A stretch of DNA of 5,417 nucleotides from Candidatus Iainarchaeum sp. (GTDB taxonomy: Archaea; Iainarchaeota; Iainarchaeia; Iainarchaeales; GCA-2688035), in assembly GCA_028713935.1 (NCBI GenBank), contig JAQTNI010000057.1, forward strand, positions 1 to 5,417. The letters run 5' to 3'. Below, in pieces: positions 4,352-5,417 of this stretch (position 1 is its first letter; every line of letters begins with the position of its first letter). Position numbers and translations under genes: made by a program. A model generated the notes under the pieces. That model saw only the letters and a program-made list of their open reading frames with translations. It had not been told where the DNA came from and ran no database searches.

Positions 4352-5377
4352 TTAATTTTTGATGCCTGTTTTTTTTATTGCAATTCCCGCAATCAGGTAT
4401 GTGAGGATTGATTCCGCGCCCTGGTTTTCATTGATTGTGTTTGCGGCTATTCCGTCAAAAATTCCCTGTGTTTTTGGATTATACAAAACTTCGCTTGTAA
4501 GGTTTTTTCCAAAAAACCATCCGAAAGAATCCACTGCTATTTTCCTGAAGCGCGGGTTTTTTGTTGCATTGTAAGCCGCAATTGCTGCTTCCGCCATTGT
4601 TCCTGCTTCAATTGGCTGCTGGTCAAAAAAAGACCTGAAGCCATCAGGAGTGCACCAGCCGGCCTGCCCAATTGGCACGAAACAGTTTTTCATAAAAGTT
4701 TTTTTTTCAAGGAATCCAAAGGATTCAAGCGCAGTGTCCAGAAATGCAGTGTTTCCCGTAATGGAATATGCTTCAAAAAGAGAGTGGGGAATTTTTGCAT
4801 TGCAATAGCTTAAAATGTTTTCAAACCAGCGCCATTTTTCAGAGGAATTTTTTTTGAAGCTTTTCAAAATTTTTTTTCCGAATTTTTCTATCTGCCTTCC
4901 AAGGAATTTTTTTGGGGCCTTTTCAGCCCTGTAATAATTTGTGCAGCCCAGGAGGCAGTAGGACATTGTTTTCGGGTCATCAATCTGTGGAAAAATTCTT
5001 TTGGCTTTTCCAAAAATCTTTTTGCAGGCTTTTTTTATGTTTTTGGGCGCATCTGACTGCATTGCATATCCGCAGGCCCAGATTGCCCTTCCAAAGCAGT
5101 CCCCTGTTTCTGGCGCGTGCCTTTTTTCCTGCCTGTAAGAAATTTTGTTATGGAACATTCCGTTTTTTGCCTGGCAGAATTTCATGAATTCCAGGTATTT
5201 TTTTGCAAGTTTGTATTCCTTAAAATCTATTGCAACAATCAGCGCCCTTGCGTTGTCATCAAGCGCGTAACCTGTTTTTTTGTTCGGCCTTTCAAACTTT
5301 GCGTGCTGAAACAGCCCGAAAGAATCAGTCATTGCTTTCATGTAAGCAAGGCTCAGTTCAGGAAATTGTTTTTGCAT
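4352..5377 (-). CDS. Cytoplasmic six-hairpin (alpha/alpha)6 glycosidase-like protein (341 aa); function uncertain
   Basis: The 1026-nt ORF runs from ATG 5375-5377 to TAA 4352-4354. The strings GLFQHAKFERPNKKTGYALDDNARALIV, CFGRAIWACGY, NAKIPHSLFEAY, QQPIEAGTMAEAAIAAY and NENQGAESILTYLIA resemble, from memory, a family of (alpha/alpha)6-barrel proteins. Those proteins are often annotated with or fused to group-1 glycosyltransferases, or placed in the six-hairpin glycosidase superfamily. There is no signal peptide. CDS confidence is high; functional confidence is about 0.45. Confidence 0.7.
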   Translation of the reverse strand: MQKQFPELSLAYMKAMTDSFGLFQHAKFERPNKKTGYALDDNARALIVAIDFKEYKLAKKYLEFMKFCQAKNGMFHNKISYRQEKRHAPETGDCFGRAIWACGYAMQSDAPKNIKKACKKIFGKAKRIFPQIDDPKTMSYCLLGCTNYYRAEKAPKKFLGRQIEKFGKKILKSFKKNSSEKWRWFENILSYCNAKIPHSLFEAYSITGNTAFLDTALESFGFLEKKTFMKNCFVPIGQAGWCTPDGFRSFFDQQPIEAGTMAEAAIAAYNATKNPRFRKIAVDSFGWFFGKNLTSEVLYNPKTQGIFDGIAANTINENQGAESILTYLIAGIAIKKTGIKN

Positions 5378-5417
5378 TGTGAATCAGTGTAAGTGTTGTA
5401 TTAACTATTTTGTTTGT

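Noticed and set aside
1-5417. CRISPR array, tRNA/rRNA, transposase/integrase, terminal inverted repeats, toxin-antitoxin or other defence-type genes
   Set aside because: I saw no regularly spaced direct repeats, no cloverleaf-like GC-rich segments in the short intergenic regions and no ORFs with recombinase, nuclease or ATPase hallmark motifs. All long ORFs are accounted for above.

Overview
This is a low-GC (roughly 40% by eye), A/T-homopolymer-rich prokaryotic window. It holds six intact-looking protein genes. I found no rRNA, tRNA, CRISPR array, transposase, integrase or terminal inverted repeats. Expression signals are GGTGAT-type Shine-Dalgarno motifs, oligo-T tracts at convergent gene ends and TATA-like A/T boxes. 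They fit a small-genome uncultivated archaeon (DPANN-like), but a bacterial origin cannot be excluded from the sequence alone. Gene order: (1) the 3' two-thirds of an AlgC/ManB-type phosphomannomutase/phosphoglucomutase (+, open from the window edge to 1004). (2) A small secreted protein made of four dockerin/EF-hand-like Ca-binding repeats (-, 1076..1711). (3) An orphan protein with a proline-rich N-terminal half and a helical C-terminal half (+, 1895..2632). (4-6) A tightly spaced minus-strand trio: a six-hairpin (alpha/alpha)6 glycosidase-like protein (4352..5377), an orphan 214-aa protein (3655..4299) and a GalT-family HIT nucleotidyltransferase (2670..3632). The recognisable genes share a sugar-phosphate / nucleotide-sugar theme. 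I do not see a demonstrable novel multi-gene system. The most interesting leads are the 214-aa orphan, which sits 22 bp upstream of GalT and carries a protein-kinase-like catalytic-loop string (LKPDNVLL ... PIGD) without the canonical catalytic Asp, and the stand-alone duplicated dockerin-like secreted protein. Both are hypotheses that need profile and structure searches I cannot run here.
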